Assembly (NCBI GenBank): GCA_964425075.1
Contig: CAYRKM010000001.1
Coordinates: 395,060 to 459,059, forward strand
From: an uncultured Gammaproteobacteria bacterium
Lineage (GTDB): Bacteria > Patescibacteriota > Microgenomatia > Levybacterales > GWA1-39-11
Length of the DNA stretch: 64,000 nucleotides
Direction of reading: 5' to 3'
Below, piece by piece: positions 1 through 10,700 of the stretch (position 1 is its first letter; each line of letters starts with the position of its first letter). Both the position numbers and the translations under genes were made by a program. A model generated the notes under the pieces. It had not been told where the DNA came from. It worked only from the letters and a program-made list of their open reading frames with translations, and made no database searches.

Positions 1-115
1 TGGGACTGGAGATCATTTTGTTAGAGTGAAAGTAGAGATACCTAAAAGGCTTTCAGGTAAACAAAAAGAGCTTCTTAAAGAGTTTGAGGAATCATCCGGA
101 CGTGGCTGGTTTTAG
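1..115 (+). CDS. dnaJ: Chaperone DnaJ, C-terminal end (5' partial)
   Basis: Frame from nt 2 reads GTGDHFVRVKVEIPKRLSGKQKELLKEFEESSGRGWF*, matching the DnaJ C-terminus (GD..V.V.V..P..L...QKELL). Confidence 0.85.
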   Translation, partial: GTGDHFVRVKVEIPKRLSGKQKELLKEFEESSGRGWF

Positions 116-170
116 ACTGATATCTTGATTTAATACCTTCATTTCACCTACACTGTTAATAAGGAGTGCT

Positions 171-503
171 ATGGTTTTTTTATTGTATCCACTGTATCTA
201 ATAACATTTTGGTATGTCGACGTTGTAAGAGGTTTTATTAATTTTTTTATTAATTTTAATAGATATCTTGTTTCCTTATTATCCTTTTCAATTCTTTTAA
301 GAACTTTTTTTAAACCTCTTAAAAATGAATACCGAGATGGGTTAGTGTTATTTTCAATTATTGCAGGAATAATAATTAAGTTTATTATTTTATGTGCTTC
401 GGGTTTATTTATAGGTGTAGTTCTTATATTTGAAGTTTTTGTTATTATTTTTGTTCTGGTTTTACCTTTACTCGTATTTTTTTTAGGAAAGAAATTCTTT
501 TAA
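171..503 (+). CDS. Small hydrophobic membrane protein, coupled to the downstream Clp ATPase
   Basis: 110 aa, very hydrophobic; AAGGAG upstream; stop lies 1 nt before the next ATG. Confidence 0.75.
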   Translation: MVFLLYPLYLITFWYVDVVRGFINFFINFNRYLVSLLSFSILLRTFFKPLKNEYRDGLVLFSIIAGIIIKFIILCASGLFIGVVLIFEVFVIIFVLVLPLLVFFLGKKFF

Positions 504-504
504 T

Positions 505-2880
505 ATGAATAAATATCTTTATAACTATTATGATTTATTTAATAATACCCCTATCCAGTGGATAAGAGTAGGAGTCTTTTTAGCATTAGGAATTATTGTA
601 TATGTAAATATACACAATCCATCGGCTATCTTTTTCCTCATACCTCTTTACTTCATTTTAATTATCCAAGAACTTTTTATATTTACAAAACTTAATAACT
701 CGCTTCCACTAAATACTGTTAAAAATGAAAAAAATAATATTTTAGAAACTGTTGATTTTTCAACGCGTGCTTTATTGCAGCACAACAGTGTTTTGAATGG
801 ACTCAGAAAAATACAGGAAAAAAGTGAGGTAAAAGAATTAATTATTTTACTTGGAATGGACATACCAATTCAAGATATTTCTATTTCACAAGAGGAATTA
901 CTCAATAAAGCGTGGGAATTAGTGAATGAGTTAGATGGTAAATACATACATGCTATTGATATATATACTTCTTATTTACTTCTTGCAGATGAAAAAAACA
1001 AATTGTTGTTTGAGAAAGAAATAGAGAGAAAGGATATTATTTCAATCGTTTCATGGCTAAGGAAACAACATGGATATGATTCTCTCAAGTCTCACGAAAT
1101 GAATTTTGGAGGGAATGGAGTTTTTGACTCATTGGTGTACGGGTGGAGTGCAGAGCTTTCAAAATATGCTTTAAATTTTACAAATGAGTCAATTCGACGG
1201 GAAAATGTAAAGCCTATTGGAAGAGATAAGGAATACGACTTGCTGGTTACAGCTCTTAGTAAAAATTCATCAAGCAATGCGTTGCTCATAGGTGCTCCAG
1301 GAGTAGGGAAAACCTCACTTGTTGCACAACTTGCATTAGATTCGAATGCGGGTAAGCTTCCGTCTTTTGTATCACACAAAATTATTTTTCAACTTTTTGC
1401 TGAGCGACTTCTTGCAGGCGTAGAAAATCAAGGGGACATGGAAGCACGTTTTGTTTCTCTTTTTGAAGAACTATCTCATTCTGGGAATATTATTGTCTAT
1501 ATTCCAAATATTGAAAATATCCTCGGTGGAGGAGGAATGAATTTGGATTTATCAGGAATGCTTTCAGAATATTTAAAAAGCAACAGACTTACTATTATTG
1601 GAACTACAACAGAGGCTTTATATCAGACATATATTTATCCAAAACAAGAATTAAGGGAACTTTTTGAGAATGTGCAAGTTCAAGAGCCCGATAATGAAGT
1701 ATTACTATTTATGCTATTTGAGAAAAGAAAAGAGTTCATGAGTTTCAACGACGTTCAAATTTCGTACGATGCTCTAAAAGAAGCGCTTTCGCTTTCCTCT
1801 TCATATATTTCTGACGGTATTGCCCTTCCTGGAAGAGCAGTAAAGCTTCTTGAGGACGTTATCACTCATGCAAAAACCCATGGAGTAAAGACGATAAATA
1901 AAAGCGAAGTAAGGAATTTTGTAGAGCAAAAGGTGCACATTGTATTGAGCAAACCAACCACTGAAGAAAGCACTCAGCTTTTACATCTTGAAGAGGAAAT
2001 ACATAAAAAAATTGTTTCGCAGGAGGAGGCAGTAAAAGCAATTTCTGATGCCATGAGAAGAGTTAGAAGTGGCATGAAAGATGGAAATAGACCAATTGCA
2101 TCATTTCTTTTCTTGGGACCAACTGGTGTTGGAAAAACAGAAACCGCAAAAGCTCTTTCTTCGCTATATTTTGGCAGTGAGGACTCTATGCTTCGACTTG
2201 ATATGTCAGAATATCAAACACAGGATTCTATCGAGAGATTTTTGGGGTCAAGTAACCCTAATGAATTTGTTGATAATGTTGGTAATAAAATATTAAATAA
2301 TCCCTTCACGCTTATTCTTTTAGATGAATTTGAAAAAGCACACCCGAAAATTCTTGATTTGTTCCTTCAGATATTAGATGAAGGAAGGTTAACTGACAAC
2401 ACTGGTCGAACAATTTCTTTCACAAATGCAATAATTATCGCGACAAGTAATGCCGGAAGTGAATTAATAAGGGAAAAAATGGCGCATGCTCAAATTACAG
2501 AGGAAGAAAGAAAAAATCTAATCGATACAATTTTAAAGACCAATATTTTTAAGCCGGAACTAGTAAATAGGTTTGATGATGTAATTGTCTTTAAGCCACT
2601 TGTTCATGGAGACATCGTCTCAATTGCAGATCATTTCATGAAAGAAGTGGGGAATAAATTGTCTGAGCAGCATATTACATTAAGATACGACAAAGATGTT
2701 TTGGAATTTATTGCAAACGCTTCGTATAGCACAGAATTTGGTGCGCGTAACGTTAGGCGTTTTATAGAGCAGACGGTAGAAAATCAAATATCAACCAAGA
2801 TACTAGACCAAACACTGCCTCCGGGTGGTGTTGCAATTATTACCATTAATAGTGGTTCAATTGTTGTAACTACAAGTTGA
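505..2880 (+). CDS. ClpA/B/C-family double AAA+ ATPase with N-terminal TM segments
   Basis: Walker A GAPGVGKT and GPTGVGKT; RLDMSEY, LLDEFEKAH, FKPELVNRFD, GARNVRR; two hydrophobic N-terminal helices. Confidence 0.92.
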   Translation: MNKYLYNYYDLFNNTPIQWIRVGVFLALGIIVYVNIHNPSAIFFLIPLYFILIIQELFIFTKLNNSLPLNTVKNEKNNILETVDFSTRALLQHNSVLNGLRKIQEKSEVKELIILLGMDIPIQDISISQEELLNKAWELVNELDGKYIHAIDIYTSYLLLADEKNKLLFEKEIERKDIISIVSWLRKQHGYDSLKSHEMNFGGNGVFDSLVYGWSAELSKYALNFTNESIRRENVKPIGRDKEYDLLVTALSKNSSSNALLIGAPGVGKTSLVAQLALDSNAGKLPSFVSHKIIFQLFAERLLAGVENQGDMEARFVSLFEELSHSGNIIVYIPNIENILGGGGMNLDLSGMLSEYLKSNRLTIIGTTTEALYQTYIYPKQELRELFENVQVQEPDNEVLLFMLFEKRKEFMSFNDVQISYDALKEALSLSSSYISDGIALPGRAVKLLEDVITHAKTHGVKTINKSEVRNFVEQKVHIVLSKPTTEESTQLLHLEEEIHKKIVSQEEAVKAISDAMRRVRSGMKDGNRPIASFLFLGPTGVGKTETAKALSSLYFGSEDSMLRLDMSEYQTQDSIERFLGSSNPNEFVDNVGNKILNNPFTLILLDEFEKAHPKILDLFLQILDEGRLTDNTGRTISFTNAIIIATSNAGSELIREKMAHAQITEEERKNLIDTILKTNIFKPELVNRFDDVIVFKPLVHGDIVSIADHFMKEVGNKLSEQHITLRYDKDVLEFIANASYSTEFGARNVRRFIEQTVENQISTKILDQTLPPGGVAIITINSGSIVVTTS

Positions 2881-2913
2881 GAAAGGTGCTGGGATTTTAT
2901 ATCCTTATTAGAT

Positions 2914-3912
2914 ATGCAAATTGCTTTTTTTGGATTAGAACAATGGGAAAAGGAATATTTCGATAAAGAATTAAAAGGAAATCAACTTTTTTTCTTTGAA
3001 ACCTCACTTAATGACACAAATGATAATCTTGAAAATATTGAGGGATTAATTGTTTCCATACACTCTGAGATTAAAAGTGAAATTCTTGCCAAATTTCCTC
3101 GTCTTAAATTTATTGCCACAATGTCAACTGGATATGATCATGTTGATTTACTCGAGTGTGGAAAAAGAAATATTGTGGTATCAAATGTCCCATCATATGG
3201 GGAAGCAACTGTTGCCGAACACACCTTCTCGTTGATTCTCACAATTTCAAGACGAATTATTGAATCAGTTGAACGAGTAAAAAAAGGAGAATTTTCACCC
3301 GAAGGCTTAACGGGGTTTGAGTTGCGGGGAAAGACTTTGGGAGTAATTGGTGTTGGAAGCATTGGAAGTCATGTAATAAAAATTGCAAAAGGATTTGGAA
3401 TGAATGTTCTCGCATACAAGAGAACACCAGATTTGATGCTTGAGAGACAATTGGGATTTAAATTTGTGGAGCTAGATATTTTATATAAACAATCAGATAT
3501 AATTTCTCTTCACATTCCTTATACAAAGGAAACTCATCATTTTGTAAATTCTCATTCATTTGAAATTATGAAGGATGGGGTTGTTGTGATTAATACAGCA
3601 AGGGGCTCTCTTATTGACAGCGTTGCGCTTTTGCAGTCACTAAATAGCGGGAAAGTAAAAGCAGCAGGACTTGATGTATTGGAGGAGGAGCCATTATTAT
3701 TGGAGGAAAAGGATTTGTTGTCAAAGCAATTTGATAAAGAAAAAATTATGTCTCTTCTTCAGGACCATATGCTTATATCTCATCCTCATGTTTTAATTAC
3801 ACCACATAATGCATTCAATAGTACTGAAGCACTTAACAAAATTATAGAAACAACTCTAGAAAATATTACGGCATTTTCTTCCGGAGCCCCCATAAATGTA
3901 GTAAGTAATTAG
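2914..3912 (+). CDS. D-isomer-specific 2-hydroxyacid (D-lactate-like) dehydrogenase
   Basis: STGYDHVD, VAEH, GVIGVGSIG, INTARG, GLDVLEEEP, ITPHNAF. Confidence 0.92.
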   Translation: MQIAFFGLEQWEKEYFDKELKGNQLFFFETSLNDTNDNLENIEGLIVSIHSEIKSEILAKFPRLKFIATMSTGYDHVDLLECGKRNIVVSNVPSYGEATVAEHTFSLILTISRRIIESVERVKKGEFSPEGLTGFELRGKTLGVIGVGSIGSHVIKIAKGFGMNVLAYKRTPDLMLERQLGFKFVELDILYKQSDIISLHIPYTKETHHFVNSHSFEIMKDGVVVINTARGSLIDSVALLQSLNSGKVKAAGLDVLEEEPLLLEEKDLLSKQFDKEKIMSLLQDHMLISHPHVLITPHNAFNSTEALNKIIETTLENITAFSSGAPINVVSN

Positions 3913-3956
3913 AGTATTTCAAGAAATACTCTCTACTATATTGTAAAATTCACTAT

Positions 3957-5018
3957 ATGGTTAATTTTGAAGAATTCTCAAAAGCGTCTAGGGACCAAAT
4001 TATAAAAAATCTGGACGATTTTTTTGGGAAAAAGGCCAGCGAAGAACTTCCTAAGTATTTCTATGAACTTGAAATATTTTCTTCTCTTTCTCAAATGGTA
4101 TCCAAAGGAAAATTAGTGAGGGGAATACTGTTTTTATTTGCCTGCAAGATGTATGGAGTTAAGGAAGAAAAAGAATTGCTAGATATAGCTTGCGCTATAG
4201 AGCTACTTCATACTGGACTTTTAATTCATGATGATATTATTGATAACGACGATCTTCGTAGGGGGCTATCAACAATACATACATATTTTAAAGAAAAAGG
4301 TAAAAAAATTGGTGCTACGGATGCGTCGCATTATGGAGTATCAATGGGAATATTGGTAGGGGATGCGGCTTTTTATTGCGCAATTGAACTTTTGAGTAGG
4401 TATAGAGGAGCAAGAGCTATTAATCTTTTAGGCTACTATTCGCGTGAAGTAAATAGAGTAATTCTCGCAGAGGGTGCAGACAGTGAATTTGGTCAAACCA
4501 ATATTGAACCAACAAGCGAGGAAATAGAGGGAATATACCACTATAAAACAGCCAGATATACTTTCTCCATGCCATTTACAATGGCAGGAATTGTTGCAGG
4601 AATAACTGACGCACGACTTGAAATAATGGATAAGATTGGAGAATTAGCGGGGTTTATATTCCAATTAAAGGATGATGAGTTGGGTCTTCTTGGAACAGAG
4701 GAGAAAATTGGAAAACCAGTGGGTTCAGATGTTCGTGAGAATAAAAAAACTGCTATTAGAAAGCTTTTATATGAGATGGTAAATGATTCAGAGAAGGAAT
4801 TATTGAATACTTTATTTGGCAAACAGAACATAACCAGGGATGAAGTAAATAAAGTTAAAGAGCTAATTGAGAAGTATGAAATTCAGAAAAAGATAAACAT
4901 TCAGGTAGAGGAAATAATGGAAGAAATACATAAACTGTTTAATAATTTGGAAGTTGATGATGAATATAAAAAAGTTCTTCAGGAAATGTTAATATTTAAT
5001 ATAAAGAGAAAATATTAA
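3957..5018 (+). CDS. Polyprenyl (GGPP-like) diphosphate synthase
   Basis: GKLVRG, ELLHTGLLIHDDIIDNDDLRRG, YKTARYT, FQLKDDELG, SDVRENKKT. Confidence 0.92.
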   Translation: MVNFEEFSKASRDQIIKNLDDFFGKKASEELPKYFYELEIFSSLSQMVSKGKLVRGILFLFACKMYGVKEEKELLDIACAIELLHTGLLIHDDIIDNDDLRRGLSTIHTYFKEKGKKIGATDASHYGVSMGILVGDAAFYCAIELLSRYRGARAINLLGYYSREVNRVILAEGADSEFGQTNIEPTSEEIEGIYHYKTARYTFSMPFTMAGIVAGITDARLEIMDKIGELAGFIFQLKDDELGLLGTEEKIGKPVGSDVRENKKTAIRKLLYEMVNDSEKELLNTLFGKQNITRDEVNKVKELIEKYEIQKKINIQVEEIMEEIHKLFNNLEVDDEYKKVLQEMLIFNIKRKY

Positions 5019-5019
5019 T

Positions 5020-5364
5020 ATGCACGCACTAATTCGTTTTTTTATATTAATTATTGCAATTTTTGTTTCTTCCTATATCATTCCGGGCGTAAGGGTAGAT
5101 ACATTTACAGCGCTTATAATAACTGCAATTATAATTGGAGTCATAAATACATTCATAAAACCAGTTCTCGTGCTTTTAACTCTACCTCTTACTGTTGTTA
5201 CTTTTGGAATTTTCCTTTTAATCTTAAATGGAGCCCTGATATTACTAGTTGGACGGATAGTTCCAGGATTTTATGTTTCAGGTCTATTTTCGGCAATACT
5301 TTTTAGTATAGGGGTGTCTCTTGTTGCTTCTTTTCTTGAAATAGTATTGGGGAGTAAAAACTAA
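5020..5364 (+). CDS. YvlD/phage-holin-4-like membrane protein
   Basis: 4 TM segments; INTFIKPVLVLLTLPLTVVTFGIFLLILNG signature. Confidence 0.85.
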   Translation: MHALIRFFILIIAIFVSSYIIPGVRVDTFTALIITAIIIGVINTFIKPVLVLLTLPLTVVTFGIFLLILNGALILLVGRIVPGFYVSGLFSAILFSIGVSLVASFLEIVLGSKN

Positions 5365-5747
5365 AGACTTTTAAGGTCTTGTTCTACTTGTTTTAAGTCA
5401 GTCTCTGGATCTTCTACTTGAATTTGTTCTGTTTCAGTTTCAATATCAGTTACAGTTGGAATAGGAGTAGCTGTTGGTTGTGTTGCCTGTTCAACTGGAG
5501 CAGGTGCAGCTTCATACGACTGTCTAAGGATGATGTAGTAAAGTGCTCCAAGAAGAACTATAAGCAAGGTTAAAATTCCAGCTACTATCAAAAGACCCTT
5601 GTTTTTTTCTTCATGTGGTGCTGGAGGAGGTGTGGAAGAGGGAGCTGGTGTTGGTGGGGTTACAGGTTGTGTTGGAACAGTAGGTGCTGGAGGCGTTACG
5701 GGTATTACTGGTGGTGTGTTATTGTTTTGGTTTTCCATATTATTCAT
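5361..5747 (-). CDS. Single-TM protein with Pro/Thr-rich disordered segments
   Basis: Pro-rich N-terminus, one TM, PT-rich tail; overlaps the upstream gene by 8 nt. Confidence 0.75.
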   Translation of the reverse strand: MNNMENQNNNTPPVIPVTPPAPTVPTQPVTPPTPAPSSTPPPAPHEEKNKGLLIVAGILTLLIVLLGALYYIILRQSYEAAPAPVEQATQPTATPIPTVTDIETETEQIQVEDPETDLKQVEQDLKSL

Positions 5748-6411
5748 TTGCCCCCTTTGTTATTTTTTTAAGCTCTTTTGCGCTTGTTGTGACTGCTAGT
5801 TTTGCATCCATTACTGATTTGTATACTGCCTTAATATCTTTTCTAAATTGCGTGACGACTGGACTTATTGTTTCTCCAAGAGAAGCCTCGTCAGTTATTG
5901 TGATGACATATTCCTTCCCAGCCTGTGTAGTTACTGCAGTTTGAGCTGAAATGATTTTTTCTTCAGCATCCGTAATTGCGCTGTCCAAAGCTGCTGTGTC
6001 TTCCCCTTCACTTTTAAGGGATGCGGCTTTTGATGAAATTCTATCAAGAATTGAGGATAATTTCTCTAAATTTTCAGCCATTCTTTCGGTATGTTTCACA
6101 TTGGCAGCATTAAGTCGTGTATCAACTCTTTCAACTATTAGTTTTTTCTTTGCGTCAGTAATTGTTTCAAGTCTTGTCTTGAATTCCTCCCGCGCTGCTT
6201 TCATTTCCTCAATTGCTTCCTCTCTCTCTGTTTTAATTTCTTCCCTTAGATTTTTTCGTGCGCTTTTTTGCGATTCGAGAAGGTCAATTTTTTTAGGTGT
6301 AGTTGTAACTTCTGCAGTTTCTTCAGAATTTTCGTCAGATTGAGCAAAAGAAGAAGTTGGTGCGAGAATAACAATTGCCAAAAGAGTGAATACGACAATT
6401 CGTTTTAACAT
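5740..6411 (-). CDS. Secreted coiled-coil hypothetical protein
   Basis: Signal peptide ending SFA, then E/K/A-rich helical sequence. Confidence 0.8.
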   Translation of the reverse strand: MLKRIVVFTLLAIVILAPTSSFAQSDENSEETAEVTTTPKKIDLLESQKSARKNLREEIKTEREEAIEEMKAAREEFKTRLETITDAKKKLIVERVDTRLNAANVKHTERMAENLEKLSSILDRISSKAASLKSEGEDTAALDSAITDAEEKIISAQTAVTTQAGKEYVITITDEASLGETISPVVTQFRKDIKAVYKSVMDAKLAVTTSAKELKKITKGANE

Positions 6412-6456
6412 AGTTTAATTTTAGTGTAATTTGGAAAAAAAAGTCAAGTTTTGAAG

Positions 6457-6804
6457 TTATAGTTTTGTATACTTTATATGCTTGCCTCGGGCTTTTTTTA
6501 CAGGATATTTTTTAGAATTTTCTTTCATTTTTGCGTTAAAACTTCTTTTAATATCGATGCCCAAATCATAAGACATTAATAAAACCCAAGACAGCACGTC
6601 AGAAAGCTCATCAGCAATCTCTTTCTTACTGTCTTTAATATAGGCGCTTATTTCTTTTTCACTAAGCCACTTAAATTGATCAAGCACTTCAGCAGCTTCA
6701 GAAAGTAGTGCGATTGCGGAATCTTTGGGACTATGAAATTGTTTCCAGTCGCGTTCGTCTCTGAATTTAATTATTTTTTCTGTGAGTTCTTCAAGGTCTG
6801 ACAT
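6457..6804 (-). CDS. MazG-like nucleotide pyrophosphohydrolase
   Basis: FRDERDWKQFHSPKD, EAAEVL, DELSDV, KYPVKKARG. Confidence 0.9.
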   Translation of the reverse strand: MSDLEELTEKIIKFRDERDWKQFHSPKDSAIALLSEAAEVLDQFKWLSEKEISAYIKDSKKEIADELSDVLSWVLLMSYDLGIDIKRSFNAKMKENSKKYPVKKARGKHIKYTKL

Positions 6805-6839
6805 AACGGTATATTAACAAAAATGAAAGCACAAAAAAA

Positions 6840-7613
6840 TTACCGCTTTTCAAAGTATAAAGTGACAGTTGAGGATATGGTTTGTGAACCAGGTTGGAGA
6901 TCGGGGGTTGTTCCTCCTCCAGCGCCAATGCTTAACTCCTGCGACTTAAATGCATAGGGAATAGGTCCTGTTGTATTTGCAGATTCTACAATGTTTACAA
7001 TTTTACCAAGTCTAATTCCAAGATTGCCCGCGATTTTTTCTGCCTGATCTTTTGCGTTTTGAATTGCTTTTTCGCGTGCTTCTTCGCGATATTTTTCAGG
7101 TTTATCAACGCTATAATTAGTTCCAATTATTTGATTTGCTCCTGCTTTAGTTGCTGTAGCAATGACTTCAGGGAGTTTTTCAGTATCTCTAACCTTAACG
7201 CTAATAGTTACATTTCCATTGTATCCAGTAATACTTCCTGCGGGATTTCTCTGAAAGTCATAATTTGGGTTAATGGAATAATTTGATGTTTTTATATCTT
7301 CCTTTTTAATTCCAAGATTTGTGAGTCCCTCAACAATTTTATTATTAACTTCATTAATCTGGTTTTGAGTGTCCTCAACTGTCTTTGCGTTGTTGATGGT
7401 TATTCCCAAATCAGTTGTTGCAAGATCGGGGACTATATCGATTTTTCCTTCTCCAACAACTGCAAGTTCGCCTGAGACAGATCTTGTAGTAATACTTAAT
7501 GGATAGGCAATGTTTAGGGCATTGATAAACCACAATGCAATAACTGTTAGCAAAAGAATAGATCCGTAGACTGAAACAATTTTGTTCTCGCGAAATAATT
7601 TTTGAGGAGTCAT
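6840..7613 (-). CDS. SIMPL/BP26 (DUF541) family protein
   Basis: VVGEGKIDIVPDLA, DIKTSNYSINPNYD, REKAIQNAKDQA; N-terminal TM. Confidence 0.9.
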   Translation of the reverse strand: MTPQKLFRENKIVSVYGSILLLTVIALWFINALNIAYPLSITTRSVSGELAVVGEGKIDIVPDLATTDLGITINNAKTVEDTQNQINEVNNKIVEGLTNLGIKKEDIKTSNYSINPNYDFQRNPAGSITGYNGNVTISVKVRDTEKLPEVIATATKAGANQIIGTNYSVDKPEKYREEAREKAIQNAKDQAEKIAGNLGIRLGKIVNIVESANTTGPIPYAFKSQELSIGAGGGTTPDLQPGSQTISSTVTLYFEKR

Positions 7614-7746
7614 AAGCCTAGTTTACAATTTTGTTCTAAGAAAGTAAAATCATTTTTTACTCGTATCGCAATGCGTCAATTATTGTTTCAAAACGAAAAC
7701 CTCTATCAGTTTTTTAATATTTTTGTGTTTATCATAACGGATGATT

Positions 7747-10700
7747 TTAATTCTTGTAGTCTTTATGGTAGACAATATAAAACACAACGGGGATGAAAAA
7801 CAACATGATAATTCCTGAAAATGAAAGTCCTGCAATAATTGCTCCACCCAGGCCACGCCATAGGGGGTTTGAAAGGGAAATTGGAATAAGTCCCACAATT
7901 GTCGTAAATGAGCCTAAGAAAACCGGTTCAAGTCTGCTTGCAGCTCCATCTGCAATTGCTTCCTTGAAGGGCATATGAGCGCTCAGATTTCTATTAAATT
8001 TGTCGACTAAAAACATTGCGTGAGTGACCACAATTCCAAAAAGTGAAAGAATCCCGATTAATGCCGGAAATGAAAGCGGAGTGCCGGTAAGAGCAAAGAC
8101 AACAAGAACCCCTGCAACGGCAACCGGAATAATAAGCATCACGATAACGGCTTTTCTGTAGCTTCTAAATTGGACTACCATGGTCGCCAAAATAAGTATT
8201 CCGGCAAGCATCATTGCCTGCAGAATTGACGCGACGGATTTTTGATTTTCCTCATTTGCTCCCCCCGTTTGATACGAATATCCTTCGGGAAGATTGAGAC
8301 CGTCAACGTACTTCAAAAGCTTACTATTTGCTTCACTTACCGAATAACCGACCGATACTCCCGAGCTTACTGAAATAGTTCTTTTTGTATCCAAATGTGT
8401 AATTGATGTCGGGTTAGTTTCAAGAACCAAGTCTCCCAAAGACAGCAGTGGAACATAAGTATTGTTGGTTGTCGGAATAGCCAACCGACCCAGATCTTCA
8501 GGGCTTTGTGTATCTGTGTTCATGCGGAAAGTTATGTCTTGTGATTCTTTTTGATCAAATTTTACGCTTTTGACCGTAAACCCGGTTGTAAAAGTTCTCA
8601 TCCAAAGTCCTAATGTTTCATAAGAGACATTTTCTTTGGTAATTTTTGAATGATCCGGTACAAAAGTCAGCTTTGACGTTCCGGGATTGATGGACTTGGT
8701 GACATTTATTATTCCCGCCTGCTTACTCAAAAAGCCTACAATTTTATCTGCGTACTGATCAAGTTTTGTCAGATCGTCACCGAGAAGTTGGACCTGTACC
8801 TCGGCCCCCGCAGGTGGCCCGCCCGATTGCTCAATAATTGTTATTTTTCCATCAACTTTTATGGTTTTGATTTTTTCCCGGAGGTTTTCTGCAATTTTCA
8901 GTGAGTCAATTTTTCTCTTATTTTTTTCAGGGAGTGCCATGGTGTAGAGAACCAGATTCGATCCGGATTTAAAATCTTGAGAGCCGGCATCAATTCCACG
9001 TCCAATCTCCGATGTTACGTATTCGATACCCGGAGTTTTTCTCAAAAATTCCTGAAGTCTCAAGCCATTTGTGGTTGCTGTATCAGTATTTGTACCGCTT
9101 GGAAGTTCTAAATTTACATACAATTGATCCCCTTCACTTTTGGGGAAAAATTCATTGGTAACAAATCCGAATGGCACTAATAAATAGGCAAAAACTGAAA
9201 AAATTATAACGATTCCGATAACTTTTTTTCTGGCACTTTTCGAGTTTAAAATCCGTAGAATGAGCCTTTTGTAATATACCGCAATATGCTCAATATCAAT
9301 AAGTCTTTCATTAAATCTACCTGCATATGATTTTCCGGTAGCTATTAAATTCTTACCAACAAGATTGTTGATCTTTTCTGACAGTGTTGATCTTATTCGG
9401 ATGGCAATAAATCCTAAGATTAAAAATAGAATAAGAATTAAAGGAAAGAACGGGTTTTCTCTAAAAAGCGTCAGCAACAAATAGACACAAAGAAGTGCTC
9501 CAATAAGCTTGAGTAAGATAACGACCCTTCTTGGAACTTGCAATTTCAAAATAACAATCATAAGCGGAATTGTGATGAGGACTGCAATTGCTGTTGAAGC
9601 ATAAAGGGTTGTTGCAACAACGATTGGAATAGTTTTGATAAACTCACCGATAATACCAGTTGCTATCAAAAGAGGCAGAAATGCCCATGCTGTAGTAATT
9701 GTTGTACTCCAAATAGGCACAATAAGATCTCGCCATACAAGAAGACCGGTTTGTTCCGGGGTGAATTTCCGGGTTCTAAAGTACGAAGTCATTCCCGTTA
9801 CAACAACAATTGTGTCATCAACCAGAAGACCCAATGCTAAAAGAAGCGAGAAGAGTGTCAAAAAATTAAGAGACAGGCCGGCTGCATTGATAACGGTAAA
9901 AGTCACAAGAAATGTGAGTGGAATTGTCAAAACCGCAATAAGGGCTTGACGGATTCCAAGAAAAATTAGAAATGTTATAAAAACCAAAATAAGCGTATCG
10001 CGGAAGCTTTCAGTCAGATTTCCGAATTCTTCATCTATCAGTTTTGAGGAATCGGTAATGGTCAAAATTTCGAAGTGTTCATGATAAGGCTTGACTGCAT
10101 TTTCAGCAATAAGCCGCATTTTTTTGACCGCATTATCAATTGTTGCGGTACTATTTTTATAAACATAAAATGTTGCTACTTTTGAAGGTTTTGTATTCTC
10201 ATTTGCGATGAACGACTCTTGGATACCCGGTTTGACTGTTTCAAAAACGTTAGCAATATCTGAAAGCTTTACTTGATTGTCGTTAACAACAAGCGTTGTA
10301 TTTCTTAAATTTTCAATTGATGAAATTGAGGAGTTGACTCCCAGTGGAAATGATAAGTCGGAAGTTGTGATATTTCCTGCCGGATAGGAATTGAGTAAGC
10401 TATTTATTTTTTGAGAAAGAACAATCGGGTTAATATTGTTATTTGCTACTTTTTCAGGATCTGCAAGAATTTGAATTTCCTGCTCTTCAAGCCCTGAAAT
10501 GGTAACCCGGTCAACAATAGAATCATCCTCAAGTTTTTCCTTTAATATTCTGGAAAACCTCAGTAAAGAAGCAGGGTCTTCACCGCGTATTGAGAAAACC
10601 CATACGGGTTGGTCTTCAAAATCAAAGCGCTTTACAAAAGGATCTTTTGCCTCATTTGGCAAAGTATTGACAGAGTCCACCGCAGATTTCATATCCGCCT

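Noticed and set aside
5020-5364. Holin-like gene as prophage evidence
   Set aside because: YvlD-type proteins are common chromosomal genes; no other phage genes nearby.
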